DNA from: an uncultured Pseudomonadota bacterium
GTDB lineage: Bacteria; Pseudomonadota; Gammaproteobacteria; Burkholderiales; Methylophilaceae
DNA length: 64,000 nucleotides
Assembly: GCA_903846555.1 (NCBI GenBank)
Contig: CAINBI010000077.1
Span: 5,145 to 69,144 of the forward strand
Direction: 5' to 3'
Shown: positions 7,833 through 19,110 of the stretch, piece by piece
How the letters are laid out: each line of letters starts with the position of its first letter
Numbering within the stretch: position 1 is the first letter of the stretch
Notes under the pieces: model-generated
Database searches by the model: none
Seen by the model: only the letters and a program-made list of their open reading frames with translations
Told to the model about the DNA's origin: nothing
Translations under genes and position numbers: made by a program

Positions 7833-10658
7833 TTAATGCGCACTTTCCCAATTACACCCTACACCTACCTCAGCCAACAACGGCACATCCAATTTAGCCA
7901 CATGTTGCATCAATAGCGGTAGCTGGATTTTAACCAAATCAAGTTCGTTATCCGGCACTTCCAGCACCAGTTCATCGTGTACTTGCATGATGAGTTTTGA
8001 GGCAAGTTTTTCATCACGTAGCCATTTGTCTACCGCAATCATTGCCAGCTTAATCAAGTCTGCCGCTGTGCCTTGCATCGGTGCGTTAATGGCGGCGCGT
8101 TCTGCGCCAGCGCGTTTCATTCCATTGGCGCTATTGATTTCTGGCACCCATAATCGGCGGCCGAAGTAGGTTTCTACATAGCCTTTTTGTTTAGCGAGTT
8201 CTCGGGTGTTTTCCATATATTGACGCACGCCAGGGTAACGTGAAAAGTAGCGTTCTATATAGTTGGCGGCGGCGCTGCGCTCAATGTTAAGATTTTGCGC
8301 TAAGCCAAATGCGCTCATGCCGTAAATTAAGCCAAAGTTGATGACTTTTGCGTAACGGCGTTGCTCGTTATCGACGGCTTCACGCTCTACGCCAAACACT
8401 TCGGCAGCGGTGGCGCGGTGAATATCTTCATTGTTAGCAAATGCCTGCAACATACCTTCATCTTGCGATAAATGCGCCATGATGCGTAACTCGATTTGGG
8501 AATAATCGGCCGATACAATATGGCTGCCTGTAGGCGCGATAAACGCTTCACGAATTCGGCGGCCTTCGGCGGAGCGTACGGGGATATTTTGCAAGTTAGG
8601 ATCTGAGCTAGCGAGTCTGCCAGTAATAGCCACGGCTTGATTGTAGCTGGTATGCACACGGCCAGTGGTCGGGTTAATCATGAGTGGCAGTTTGTCGGTG
8701 TAGGTCGATTTTAGTTTGGCTAAGCCGCGATATTCGAGCAACACTTTTGGCAGTGGGTAATCAAGCGCCAGCTCCTGCAACACATCTTCATCGGTAGATG
8801 GCGCGCCGCTAGGTGTTTTTTTGGTTGGTTTAATACCTAGCTTACCGAATAGAATTTCTTGCAATTGTTTAGGTGAAGCCAAATTGAAGGGTTGACCGGC
8901 CAGCTCATACGCTTTATTTTCTAAGGCGACCAACTTCATGCCAATTTCATTACTTTGAATATTAAGCATGTCTCTATCGATCAACACGCCGTTGCGCTCA
9001 ATAGTGAACAGCACCTTCGAGCTTGGCATTTCGATGTGGTTGTAAATGTAGTCCAGCTTGGCATCGGCGGCAATTTGCGGGTACATGGCTTGATGCAATT
9101 GCATGGTAATGTCAGCATCTTCTGCGGCGTACTCAGCCGCTATTTCTACCGTCACTTGGTTAAATGTTACCTGCTTGGCGCCTTTGCCCGCTACGTCTTG
9201 AAAGCTAATGGTTTTAAGGTCTAAATGGCGCATGGCTAGGTCATCCATGCCGTGGGTTTTGTGCGATTCGAACACGTAAGATTGTAGTAGCGTATCGTGC
9301 GCAATGCCGTTCAGGGCGATACCGTGATTCGCCAGCACATGTTGGTCATATTTAAAGTTTTGCCCTACTTTTTTGATGGCAGGGTTTTCTAAAACAGGCT
9401 TGATTTTAGCTAAAGTTTCAGCAAAGTTGAGTTGTTCAGGCGCATCAAAATAATCATGTTTTAATGGTAGGTAAGCGGCACTGCCCGCTTCTACGCTGAA
9501 CGACATGCCAACAATTTTGGCGGTCATTGGGTCTAGCGAAGTGGTTTCGGTATCGAAGCAGACTAAGTCAGCGGTGCTTAACTTTGCCAGCCAGCGGTCT
9601 AATTGTTCGTTGGTTAAAATCGTTTCGTAATTGCGGCTAGTGTTTGCTTGATAAGACTGCGCAAATAAATCCGTTCGTGGTGAGACTTGGTCGAAGGACT
9701 CAGGGCGAGCGGAGGGTGTGCTGAACAGGTCTGTTCCTGAGGTGTTGGTTGAAGCGCTAGGCCTAGACTGGGGGCTGTCGGGCATATTGTCTAATTCACG
9801 CCGCCAGCTTCTAAATTCAAAGCGATCAAACAATTCTGCTAACTTGGCTTTATTTTGCGGCTGCGGCGCAAGATCGCTCAGGTTTTCCTGAACGCCAACA
9901 TCACAACGGATGGTAATTAATTGGCGAGCGGTAGGTAACCACGGCAAGGCTTTTCGTAAATTTTCGCCCACCACACCCTTAATGTTATCGGCATTGGCCA
10001 CAATGTTATCTAGTGACCCGTATTCTTTAAGCCATTTAACAGCCGTTTTTGGCCCAACCTTTTCCACGCCAGGCACATTGTCTGAGGTGTCGCCGACCAA
10101 AACGAGATAATCTACCATCAGGCTCGGTGGTATGCCAAACTTCCGCTCAACGCCTGCAATGTCGAGAACATCATCGACTTTTCTGAAAGCATCGCGCATG
10201 GTATTCACTACCGTAATATGCTCATTCACCAGTTGTGATATATCTTTATCACCAGTAGAAATGATCACGCGCACACCTTCGCGCTCGGCTTGCCTAGCGA
10301 GTGCGCCAATCACATCGTCGGCCTCTACGCCTTCTTCCATAATCAGCGGCCATCCCATGGCTCTAATCGCTTCATGCAGCGGTTCTATCTGCGGGCGTAA
10401 ATCCTCAGGCATAGAAGCGCGATTGGCTTTATATTCGGCATAAATATCGTCGCGAAAAGTTTTGCCTTTAGCATCAAAAATACACGCGCTATAATCGCTA
10501 GGGTAATCTTTATGCAAACGGCGTAACATATTGAGTACGCCCTGAATCGCCCCAGTGGGCTCATTTTGACGATTTCTCAAGTCAGGCATGGCGTGAAAGG
10601 CGCGATACAGGTAGGATGACCCATCAACTAATAACAAGGTTTTCATATTGGCTTTCAA
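7833..10658 (-). CDS. polA: DNA polymerase I
   Basis: 941 aa with 5'-nuclease (LLLVDGSSYLYRAF), 3'-5' exonuclease (FDTETTSLD) and Pol A motifs (DYSQIELRIMAH, QVHDELV). Confidence 0.97.
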   Translation of the reverse strand: MKANMKTLLLVDGSSYLYRAFHAMPDLRNRQNEPTGAIQGVLNMLRRLHKDYPSDYSACIFDAKGKTFRDDIYAEYKANRASMPEDLRPQIEPLHEAIRAMGWPLIMEEGVEADDVIGALARQAEREGVRVIISTGDKDISQLVNEHITVVNTMRDAFRKVDDVLDIAGVERKFGIPPSLMVDYLVLVGDTSDNVPGVEKVGPKTAVKWLKEYGSLDNIVANADNIKGVVGENLRKALPWLPTARQLITIRCDVGVQENLSDLAPQPQNKAKLAELFDRFEFRSWRRELDNMPDSPQSRPSASTNTSGTDLFSTPSARPESFDQVSPRTDLFAQSYQANTSRNYETILTNEQLDRWLAKLSTADLVCFDTETTSLDPMTAKIVGMSFSVEAGSAAYLPLKHDYFDAPEQLNFAETLAKIKPVLENPAIKKVGQNFKYDQHVLANHGIALNGIAHDTLLQSYVFESHKTHGMDDLAMRHLDLKTISFQDVAGKGAKQVTFNQVTVEIAAEYAAEDADITMQLHQAMYPQIAADAKLDYIYNHIEMPSSKVLFTIERNGVLIDRDMLNIQSNEIGMKLVALENKAYELAGQPFNLASPKQLQEILFGKLGIKPTKKTPSGAPSTDEDVLQELALDYPLPKVLLEYRGLAKLKSTYTDKLPLMINPTTGRVHTSYNQAVAITGRLASSDPNLQNIPVRSAEGRRIREAFIAPTGSHIVSADYSQIELRIMAHLSQDEGMLQAFANNEDIHRATAAEVFGVEREAVDNEQRRYAKVINFGLIYGMSAFGLAQNLNIERSAAANYIERYFSRYPGVRQYMENTRELAKQKGYVETYFGRRLWVPEINSANGMKRAGAERAAINAPMQGTAADLIKLAMIAVDKWLRDEKLASKLIMQVHDELVLEVPDNELDLVKIQLPLLMQHVAKLDVPLLAEVGVGCNWESAH
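9666..9712. repeat. Short-form copy of the 1003-1120 palindromic element, in frame within the polA interdomain linker
   Basis: 19/19 identity with 1009-1027, plus the shared right arm ctcagggcga (9699-9708 vs 1092-1101). It encodes SARPESFDQVSPRTDLF on the minus strand. Confidence 0.8.
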
Positions 10659-10722
10659 TTATTCTTGTGAATATAAAACTAGCGACTCTTAAACTAGCGA
10701 TTCTAAATTAGGCTTCTAAATT

Positions 10723-11451
10723 ATGTCTTATGCAAAAAAAGTACCCAAAATCTCTGATCCCGATTTACAAGAAGGTCATCAAACTGGGCATGAGTCATGG
10801 CATGCTTTCGAGATTATGGCAGAATTTGTCGACGCGACGGAACGGCTTAAAGAAATCAGGCCTGCGGTTTCAATTTTTGGCAGTGCCCGCACCACGCCAG
10901 ATAGTCCTTATTATCAAATGACTGAAGATATAGCAAGGCTATTATCCGATGCCGGTTTTAGTGTAATTTCCGGCGGTGGCCCAGGTATTATGGAAGCGGC
11001 TAACAAAGGTGCGTTTGCCGGGAAGTCGCCCAGCATCGGCTTAAACATTGAGTTGCCGCATGAACAAACGCGCAATCCATATCAGGATGTGAGTCAAAAT
11101 TTTAAACACTTTTTTATGCGCAAGGTGATGTTTGTTAAATATGCCAGCGCCTACGTGGTGATGCCTGGTGGCTTTGGTACTTTAGATGAAGTGATGGAAG
11201 CCATCACGCTGGTGCAAACTGGTAAAACCTTAAAAATACCAATTATTTTGGTCTGCGAACCGTTTTGGCGCGGCTTGATTGACTGGATTAAAACCACGCT
11301 AGTGGATGAGGGTATGATCGTTGCCAGTGACCTTGATTTAATTCAAGTGATTGATGAGCCCGCCATGATAGTAGAAGCCATTTTTAAACATTATGAAACG
11401 CGTGGATTTAAACTATCGGCAGAAGAAGAGCGTGTTCAGGTTTATTTATAA
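10723..11451 (+). CDS. LOG-family / TIGR00730 Rossmann-fold nucleotide-binding protein
   Basis: GGGPGIMEA and PGGFGTLDE motifs; 242 aa. Confidence 0.85.
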   Translation: MSYAKKVPKISDPDLQEGHQTGHESWHAFEIMAEFVDATERLKEIRPAVSIFGSARTTPDSPYYQMTEDIARLLSDAGFSVISGGGPGIMEAANKGAFAGKSPSIGLNIELPHEQTRNPYQDVSQNFKHFFMRKVMFVKYASAYVVMPGGFGTLDEVMEAITLVQTGKTLKIPIILVCEPFWRGLIDWIKTTLVDEGMIVASDLDLIQVIDEPAMIVEAIFKHYETRGFKLSAEEERVQVYL

Positions 11452-11537
11452 TGAACACCGTTTTCTGGCATGTAATTTGTTAAAATAAACCATTCATTGA
11501 GTGACTCAATATATTTGAAAGAATAGGTATTTGGCTT

Positions 11538-11906
11538 ATGCGTAAAATCTATCAAAAGTTAGGCTTGTTATTGGTGTTTATGGCATTGCAATTGCCGCTT
11601 ACAACCCTTGCACAGCCACCCGATGCCGTTGTACCGCCTGCTGGTTTGCAGCCGCTTGAAGACATTCCGCCCCCGATTATCAGCGGCGAAGATCAAGTGA
11701 CTGGTGAGCCGCAAGTGACTATCGTTAAAAAAGCGGGTGAAACCGTTGAGGAGTATCGTATTAATGGTCAGCTTTATATGCTGAAAGTAACGCCAGCACA
11801 TGGCGTGCCTTATTATATGCATAAAGAAGATCAAAGCGGTGGCTGGTTAATGGATGGTCCAACCCAGCCATTAAGTATTCCTAAATGGACGTTATTCAGG
11901 TTCTAA
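11538..11906 (+). CDS. Secreted DUF2782-like protein
   Basis: Signal peptide; the position between polA and Pseudomonas-type thrB matches the conserved polA-DUF2782-thrB arrangement. Confidence 0.6.
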   Translation: MRKIYQKLGLLLVFMALQLPLTTLAQPPDAVVPPAGLQPLEDIPPPIISGEDQVTGEPQVTIVKKAGETVEEYRINGQLYMLKVTPAHGVPYYMHKEDQSGGWLMDGPTQPLSIPKWTLFRF

Positions 11907-11910
11907 ATGA

Positions 11911-11940
11911 TTAAGAGGGCGTAGCGCCCTCTTAATTTAT
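11911..11940 (+). terminator. Rho-independent terminator
   Basis: 11-bp stem ttaagagggcg/cgccctcttaa, 3-nt loop, then tttatt. Confidence 0.7.
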
Positions 11941-12055
11941 TGACGCTTAAAGTCAATTAAAGTTAATTCAAAATTAGACAATCAAATATTTCATATTCTT
12001 CTTTTAGCCATTAGCGCATTCAACTTTAACTGTATCTCAAACTGTATCTAAACCT

Positions 12056-13015
12056 ATGTCAGTATTCACCTCAGTCAGTATTCCACAATTACAAGAATGG
12101 CTTCAAGATTACGCGATAGGCGAGCTTGTCGAGCTTAAAGGCATATCTTCAGGCATTACCAATACCAATTATTTTGTAACGACCAAGCAAGATAATGCTG
12201 AGCAAAGCAAATACGTGCTTACTTTGTTCGAGCATAATGCCATTGAAGAACTACCGTATTTTATTGATTTAATGAGCCATCTGGCGGCGCATGGTATTCC
12301 TTGTCCACGGCCGATAGTAGATAAATCAGGGGTCAGTTTACATATGCTTAATGGCAAACCAGCCGCCTTGATTAGCTGCCTGAAAGGGTGTGATGTTGAT
12401 GCGCCAAACATCATGCAGTGTAGCGCGGTGGGGCGTGTGTTAGCGCAAATGCACATTGCCAGCTTGTCGTTTGATGTGCAGCCTTGTCACCAAAACACCC
12501 AGAACCCACGCGGCTCTGAGTGGCGCATTAAAACGGCCGCGCAAGTGCTGCCGCATATACCAGCAGCTGATCAACAATTATTGCAGGAAGCGATGGCATT
12601 TCAAGTGATCTTCGATACCAGCCAGTTGCCGATGGGCGTTATTCATGCCGATTTATTCCGCGACAACGCATTGTTTGATGGCGATGAAATTGGCGGCCTG
12701 ATTGATTTTTATTATGCTTGCCACGATGTGCTGGCCTACGATTTAGCCATAGCCGTGAATGACTGGTGTGTGCATGCTGACGGTAGTTTAGATGAGGCTA
12801 GATTAAACGCGATGCTTAGCGCTTATCAAGCGGTTAGGCCGTTAAGTGAAGCTGAGCGTGATGCTTGGGCTGGCTTATTGCAGATTGCTGCGTTGCGCTT
12901 TTGGCTATCACGTTTATATGACCAAACTTTTCCGCAGATGGGCGAGTTAACCCATGCAAAAGATCCGAATCACTTCAAAAAAATTCTGCGGCATCGAATG
13001 AAGCTTAGCGCTTAG
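12056..13015 (+). CDS. thrB: Homoserine kinase (Pseudomonas-type, APH fold)
   Basis: 319 aa; MSVFTSVS...GISSGITNTNYFV N-terminus and HADLFRDN catalytic loop. Confidence 0.9.
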   Translation: MSVFTSVSIPQLQEWLQDYAIGELVELKGISSGITNTNYFVTTKQDNAEQSKYVLTLFEHNAIEELPYFIDLMSHLAAHGIPCPRPIVDKSGVSLHMLNGKPAALISCLKGCDVDAPNIMQCSAVGRVLAQMHIASLSFDVQPCHQNTQNPRGSEWRIKTAAQVLPHIPAADQQLLQEAMAFQVIFDTSQLPMGVIHADLFRDNALFDGDEIGGLIDFYYACHDVLAYDLAIAVNDWCVHADGSLDEARLNAMLSAYQAVRPLSEAERDAWAGLLQIAALRFWLSRLYDQTFPQMGELTHAKDPNHFKKILRHRMKLSA

Positions 13016-13040
13016 TAATTTTAAAGGAAATTGTTAAATA

Positions 13041-13823
13041 ATGGCTATTTTAGAAACAAGCCCTAAAACGGGTAGAAGTTGGATCAGCGAAAGCATCACT
13101 TTATTTAAAGCTGCACCAAACCGATGGATACTACTCGCTGCAGTGTATGTGGCAGTTTTCATGATGATTCCATCGCTACCGGGCTTTCAGCTATCCTCTT
13201 TAATTACCATTTTAATTTGGCCTATTTTTATGGTGATCGCCATTGCCATGTATCGTAATGCTGATAACAATGTTAAACAAAGTTTGAGCGAGATTGTTAA
13301 TATGATTAAGCCTAAAATGCCGCCATTGCTGGCGCTAGGGGGCATATTTTTGCTGTATGGCTTGTTGGTTAGCCTGTTGTTAAATAACGATATCGATGGC
13401 TTGCTCGGTATGGTAAGCAGTCTGGATAAAATGACGGATACCCAAGCGAGGGCATTTTTAGATAAAATATTGCCGTTTTTATTAAAACTCACGCTGGCAT
13501 TGATTCCCATGATGATGGCCACATGGTTTTCACCCATGTTAATTGCCTTTAACAATTACACGGTAGGCAAGGCAATTAAGTCTAGTATCGCTGGTTCCTT
13601 GCAATATATGGTTGCATTGGGCGTTGCCTGGATATTGCTCACGCTAGGCATTTTTTCATTGCTGATAATGGCTGGAATCATCATTGCGATTTTGGGTGGA
13701 TTGGCACCAATGTTAAGCCAGTTGCTGATGCCGATACTGGTATTTGGCTGCCTGTTGTTGGCCACATCGCTGATGTTTGCATTTCAATATGTAAGCTATC
13801 GTGATGTGTTTAGAGCGGCTTAA
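13041..13823 (+). CDS. Polytopic inner-membrane protein, family unknown
   Basis: 260 aa with about 6 hydrophobic helices and no catalytic motif I recognise. Confidence 0.6.
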   Translation: MAILETSPKTGRSWISESITLFKAAPNRWILLAAVYVAVFMMIPSLPGFQLSSLITILIWPIFMVIAIAMYRNADNNVKQSLSEIVNMIKPKMPPLLALGGIFLLYGLLVSLLLNNDIDGLLGMVSSLDKMTDTQARAFLDKILPFLLKLTLALIPMMMATWFSPMLIAFNNYTVGKAIKSSIAGSLQYMVALGVAWILLTLGIFSLLIMAGIIIAILGGLAPMLSQLLMPILVFGCLLLATSLMFAFQYVSYRDVFRAA

Positions 13824-13850
13824 ACTGGAGAGTAATAGCTCATAGACGTT

Positions 13851-13903
13851 AAAAAACATGCCCTGCGAAGCCCGTCCCTATTGCCTCGCAGGGCATGCTT
13901 TTT
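13851..13903. terminator. Bidirectional terminator; copy 1 of a 39-nt palindromic element
   Basis: Stem atgccctgcga/tcgcagggcat (13858-13896) flanked by an A-run and a T-run, between convergent genes. It is 37/39 identical to the reverse complement of 37766-37804. Confidence 0.8.
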
Positions 13904-13936
13904 GTATCTTTAACTTATTGTTGGGTTAAATAGGCG

Positions 13937-16135
13937 CTAAATAGGCGTAAGTTTAGCAAACTCCATCGCCAGCCATTTTAAACCTTCACGCCCAAAATTC
14001 ACTTGCACACGCATATCACTCGCGTTGCCTTCGTAGCTCACTACCACACCATTGCCAAATTTAACGTGCGCCACGGACTGGCCTATTTTCCAAGGCATGG
14101 CATTTTTCTGCGTACTGCTTTGTTGCTGGCTCATCATGGCGGGCAGTTCGTTATAGTTACGACCGCCGCCAGATTTGGCCACAGGCTTGCTATTCAAACG
14201 TTTTAGCAACGCTTCAGGAATCTCATCCAAAAAGCGTGAAGGAATACCGTAGCGCACTTTTCCGTGCAACATGCGGCTTTGTGCATGGCTTAAATATAAG
14301 CGTTGCCGTGCCCGCGTCACGGCAACGTACATTAGGCGGCGCTCTTCTTCTAAGGCGGTATTTTCAAACAGGCTTTGCTCATGTGGGCATAGGCCTTCTT
14401 CTAGGCCGCTAATAAAAACTGCTTTAAATTCCAGCCCTTTTGAAGCGTGCACGGTCATGAGTTGCAAGGCTTCTTTGCCAACATCGGCCTGATGTTCGCC
14501 GGCTTCTAAACTGGCGTGACTTAAAAATTGTGTCAGTAAATCTTGATCGGTTTCGCCATCCACATTGTTGTGGTTACCAAAATCTTGATTGCTGAACGAC
14601 ACCGCCGCCGTGACCAACTCTTTCAAGTTTTCTATGCGGTCTTCACCTTCTTTGTCGCTTTCGTAATGCGCAGTTAAGCCAGATTGTGTAATAGCCAATT
14701 CCACCAATTCAGGCAGTTTAATACCATATGCCTGATCAACCATTTGCCTAATCAGGGCCACAAAGCCTTCTATGCCTTTTGCGCCAAACTTACCATTGCC
14801 AACCTTGTTAATTGCCGCTTGCCAGATGCTACAGTTTTCTGCGCGGGCCGCTTCTTGTAACTGCTCTAGGCTGCGCGCACCAATACCGCGTGTTGGGAAA
14901 TTAATGACCCGTAACAATGCCGTGTCATCATTCGCATTCGCAATTAAGCGCATATAAGCCAGCGCATGTTTAATTTCGGCGCGTTCAAAAAAGCGTAAGC
15001 CACCATACACGCGATAAGGCAGGTTGGCGTTAAACAAAGCATGTTCCAAAATGCGCGATTGCGCATTAGAGCGGTAGAGCAGGGCAATCTCACCTAAAGA
15101 TGTGCCTTCGCAATGCAGCATTTTAATTTCATCGACAATAAACTGTGCTTCATCGATGTCGTTGTAAGCGTCATACACGCGCACGGCTTCGCCAGCACCT
15201 GCGCTAGTCCATAAGTTTTTACCTAGGCGATTATTATTGTTCGAAATAATCGCATTCGCGGCATCTAGAATATTGCTGTGTGAGCGGTAGTTTTCTTCCA
15301 ATTTAACGATATTTTGTACGTTGAAATCTCTTTCAAAGTCCCGCATATTGCCCACGCGCGCACCGCGAAAGCCATAGATAGATTGGTCATCATCACCTAC
15401 CGCGAACATGCAATTACCTTCACCAGCGAGTAGCTTTAGCCACAAATATTGCAGGCGGTTGGTGTCTTGAAATTCATCCACCAGAAGATATTTAAAACGA
15501 CTCTGATAATGTTGGCGTATATTCGTATCACGTTCGAGCAACTCATAACAACGCAATAACAGCTCAGCAAAATCTGCCACACCGTCACGTTGGCATTGTT
15601 TGTCGTATTCTTCAAAAATCTCACGCATTTTTGTAGAGTGTGGGTCATAAGCTTCAACAGCATGTGCACGTAAACCTTCATCTTTACAGCCATTAATGAA
15701 ATTTTGCACTTGTTTAGGTGGAAACTTTTCATCGTCCACATTCATCAATTTCATTAAACGTTTAATCACAGAAAGTTGGTCTGCAATATCTAGAATCTGA
15801 AAACTTGCTGGCAGACCAGCCTCGCGATAGTGGGCGCGTAGTAAGCGATTACACAAGCCATGAAACGTGCCTACCCACATGCCGCGCGTATTGATTGGTA
15901 ATGATGCCGTGATGCGCGTCAGCATTTCTTTGGCTGCTTTATTGGTAAACGTCACCGCTAATAAACCTGTGGGCGAAACTTGCCCAGTTTGAATCAGCCA
16001 TGCGATTCGCGCTGTGAGTACGCGCGTTTTTCCGCTCCCAGCACCAGCTAATATCAGCGCAGATTGATGCGGCAAAGTGACCGCTTCGAGTTGTTTATTG
16101 TTGAGGCCTGTAAGAAGAGTGGATTCAGTTTGCAT
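13937..16135 (-). CDS. uvrD: ATP-dependent DNA helicase II (UvrD family)
   Basis: 732 aa; Walker A AGAGSGKTRV, DEFQDTN and VHASKGLEF motifs. Confidence 0.93.
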   Translation of the reverse strand: MQTESTLLTGLNNKQLEAVTLPHQSALILAGAGSGKTRVLTARIAWLIQTGQVSPTGLLAVTFTNKAAKEMLTRITASLPINTRGMWVGTFHGLCNRLLRAHYREAGLPASFQILDIADQLSVIKRLMKLMNVDDEKFPPKQVQNFINGCKDEGLRAHAVEAYDPHSTKMREIFEEYDKQCQRDGVADFAELLLRCYELLERDTNIRQHYQSRFKYLLVDEFQDTNRLQYLWLKLLAGEGNCMFAVGDDDQSIYGFRGARVGNMRDFERDFNVQNIVKLEENYRSHSNILDAANAIISNNNNRLGKNLWTSAGAGEAVRVYDAYNDIDEAQFIVDEIKMLHCEGTSLGEIALLYRSNAQSRILEHALFNANLPYRVYGGLRFFERAEIKHALAYMRLIANANDDTALLRVINFPTRGIGARSLEQLQEAARAENCSIWQAAINKVGNGKFGAKGIEGFVALIRQMVDQAYGIKLPELVELAITQSGLTAHYESDKEGEDRIENLKELVTAAVSFSNQDFGNHNNVDGETDQDLLTQFLSHASLEAGEHQADVGKEALQLMTVHASKGLEFKAVFISGLEEGLCPHEQSLFENTALEEERRLMYVAVTRARQRLYLSHAQSRMLHGKVRYGIPSRFLDEIPEALLKRLNSKPVAKSGGGRNYNELPAMMSQQQSSTQKNAMPWKIGQSVAHVKFGNGVVVSYEGNASDMRVQVNFGREGLKWLAMEFAKLTPI

Positions 16136-16269
16136 GCCTGTATTATCGCATGGGATTTATAAAAACTCAGGAAGTAATCTGCTTACAAAGCGATACAAAC
16201 TGTTACAAAAATACGAGAACTAAAGCCAAATAAGACAGGTCTGATTTTCCATGATAGCTAAATTAGATT

Positions 16270-16365
16270 TTAGTTACCTTTCCGCTTCTTTCCTCCCTGA
16301 GCGGAAGCCTTAGACAATAAGGCATTTTGCCCCGACTCGAACCCCTTTGAGTCGGGGCTTTTTTT
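16270..16365 (+). ncRNA. Candidate orphan small RNA (three stem-loops ending in an intrinsic terminator)
   Basis: SL1 at 16280-16306 has a C/U-rich loop carrying CCUCC. SL2 is at 16307-16323. SL3 is a 10-bp GC stem at 16329-16358 followed by 7 T. It is on the + strand between two minus-strand genes. The 5' end and promoter are not defined. Confidence 0.45.
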
Positions 16366-16423
16366 CAACCACTTAATCCAGCTTCATTGGTATGATTTTA
16401 AATATCATTTTAACGGCCTTAAT

Positions 16424-17224
16424 TTAGCGTGTCTTTGTATGTTGAGTATTGGCGATTGAATGACGTAAATCAATGAGACTTTGTTGATTCACTTTTATTA
16501 GACCCTGCCGAGGATGGTCAAGATCTATGATAAGAAATACTAGCAGCACAAATAGCCCCACCATGATGTAGCTGATGAAAGAGGGTCTCTGATTGGTGAT
16601 GCCAACAGCATATCCGGTAATACCACCAGTGACAATAAATACGAATGAAAGTAAAAGTAATACAGCCTCAGGTACGTGTCTATCTACACTCATGATACGT
16701 CTTCCATAAGAATCGATGAGTTCATTTAACGACTGCACAAATAAGCCGGAAGTCACTGGTCTAGGGTCTTTTTCAACAGCTGCCATCGCTTGGCGCCATA
16801 AAATGGTTTGGATATGTGTCGCTTTTAGGCGAAGTACGCTTTGTTCCGCGACCTGATTGAGCGGAGTAGCACTTGCCAGTACGCGTAAATCAACATAATC
16901 GTGGATTGACTGTTGAATATCACTACGCATGGAGATAGGTAGTAATTCTGTACGAAGATAAGTTGTGCCAATGGCATTGGCTTCATCAACCACAGCATCA
17001 CTACGGCTATCGAAACGCTGTATTGCAATTGAAAAAGTAAATGCGATGAGCAGTGCTAAAAGGCCAAGCAACGAAGATTGCACTGCAACTACATGCGCTT
17101 TGTATGATTCGTTTTTATTTGCTTTAAGACCAAAGCGATAGCCAGCTTCAATTGCAATTAACATAAATATAAAAAGCACCAGCGCCATGACAATACTATT
17201 TTGGTGATACAAAAATTCTTTCAT
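16424..17224 (-). CDS. Membrane protein (tentatively DUF4239-like)
   Basis: 266 aa with two N-terminal and two C-terminal TM helices around a soluble middle. The family name is from memory only. Confidence 0.55.
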   Translation of the reverse strand: MKEFLYHQNSIVMALVLFIFMLIAIEAGYRFGLKANKNESYKAHVVAVQSSLLGLLALLIAFTFSIAIQRFDSRSDAVVDEANAIGTTYLRTELLPISMRSDIQQSIHDYVDLRVLASATPLNQVAEQSVLRLKATHIQTILWRQAMAAVEKDPRPVTSGLFVQSLNELIDSYGRRIMSVDRHVPEAVLLLLSFVFIVTGGITGYAVGITNQRPSFISYIMVGLFVLLVFLIIDLDHPRQGLIKVNQQSLIDLRHSIANTQHTKTR

Positions 17225-17367
17225 CGAACCTTTTCCAATTATAAAACTACGATTTTTGAAATACTTGATTTAAATTTATATGAGATATTACAACAAAAAA
17301 TCTGTAAAAAAACTTGCCGTATTTTTGTAAAGTTGAAGCGACCCAATTAGTATAAATCTTTAGACGT

Positions 17368-17400
17368 AAAAAAGCCTCGCGATTTGCTTGCAAGGCTTTT
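17368..17400 (-). terminator. Rho-independent terminator of groEL
   Basis: On the minus strand, gccttgc...gcgaggc stem followed by tttttt. Confidence 0.7.
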
Positions 17401-17427
17401 AGATTCAACGAAAAGAGGTTGAAAGGC

Positions 17428-19077
<1,650 letters not shown>

Positions 19078-19110
19078 CTAAAATTTATATAATTTTTAAT
19101 TGAAAAGTGG

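Noticed and set aside
16136-16260. Looked for a LexA/SOS box (CTGT-N8-ACAG) upstream of uvrD, and likewise upstream of the DinG-like helicase (35647-35709).
   Set aside because: Only half-matches are present (CTGTattatcgcATGG; CTGTtacaaaaaTACG). Neither has the ACAG half-site, so no SOS box can be called.
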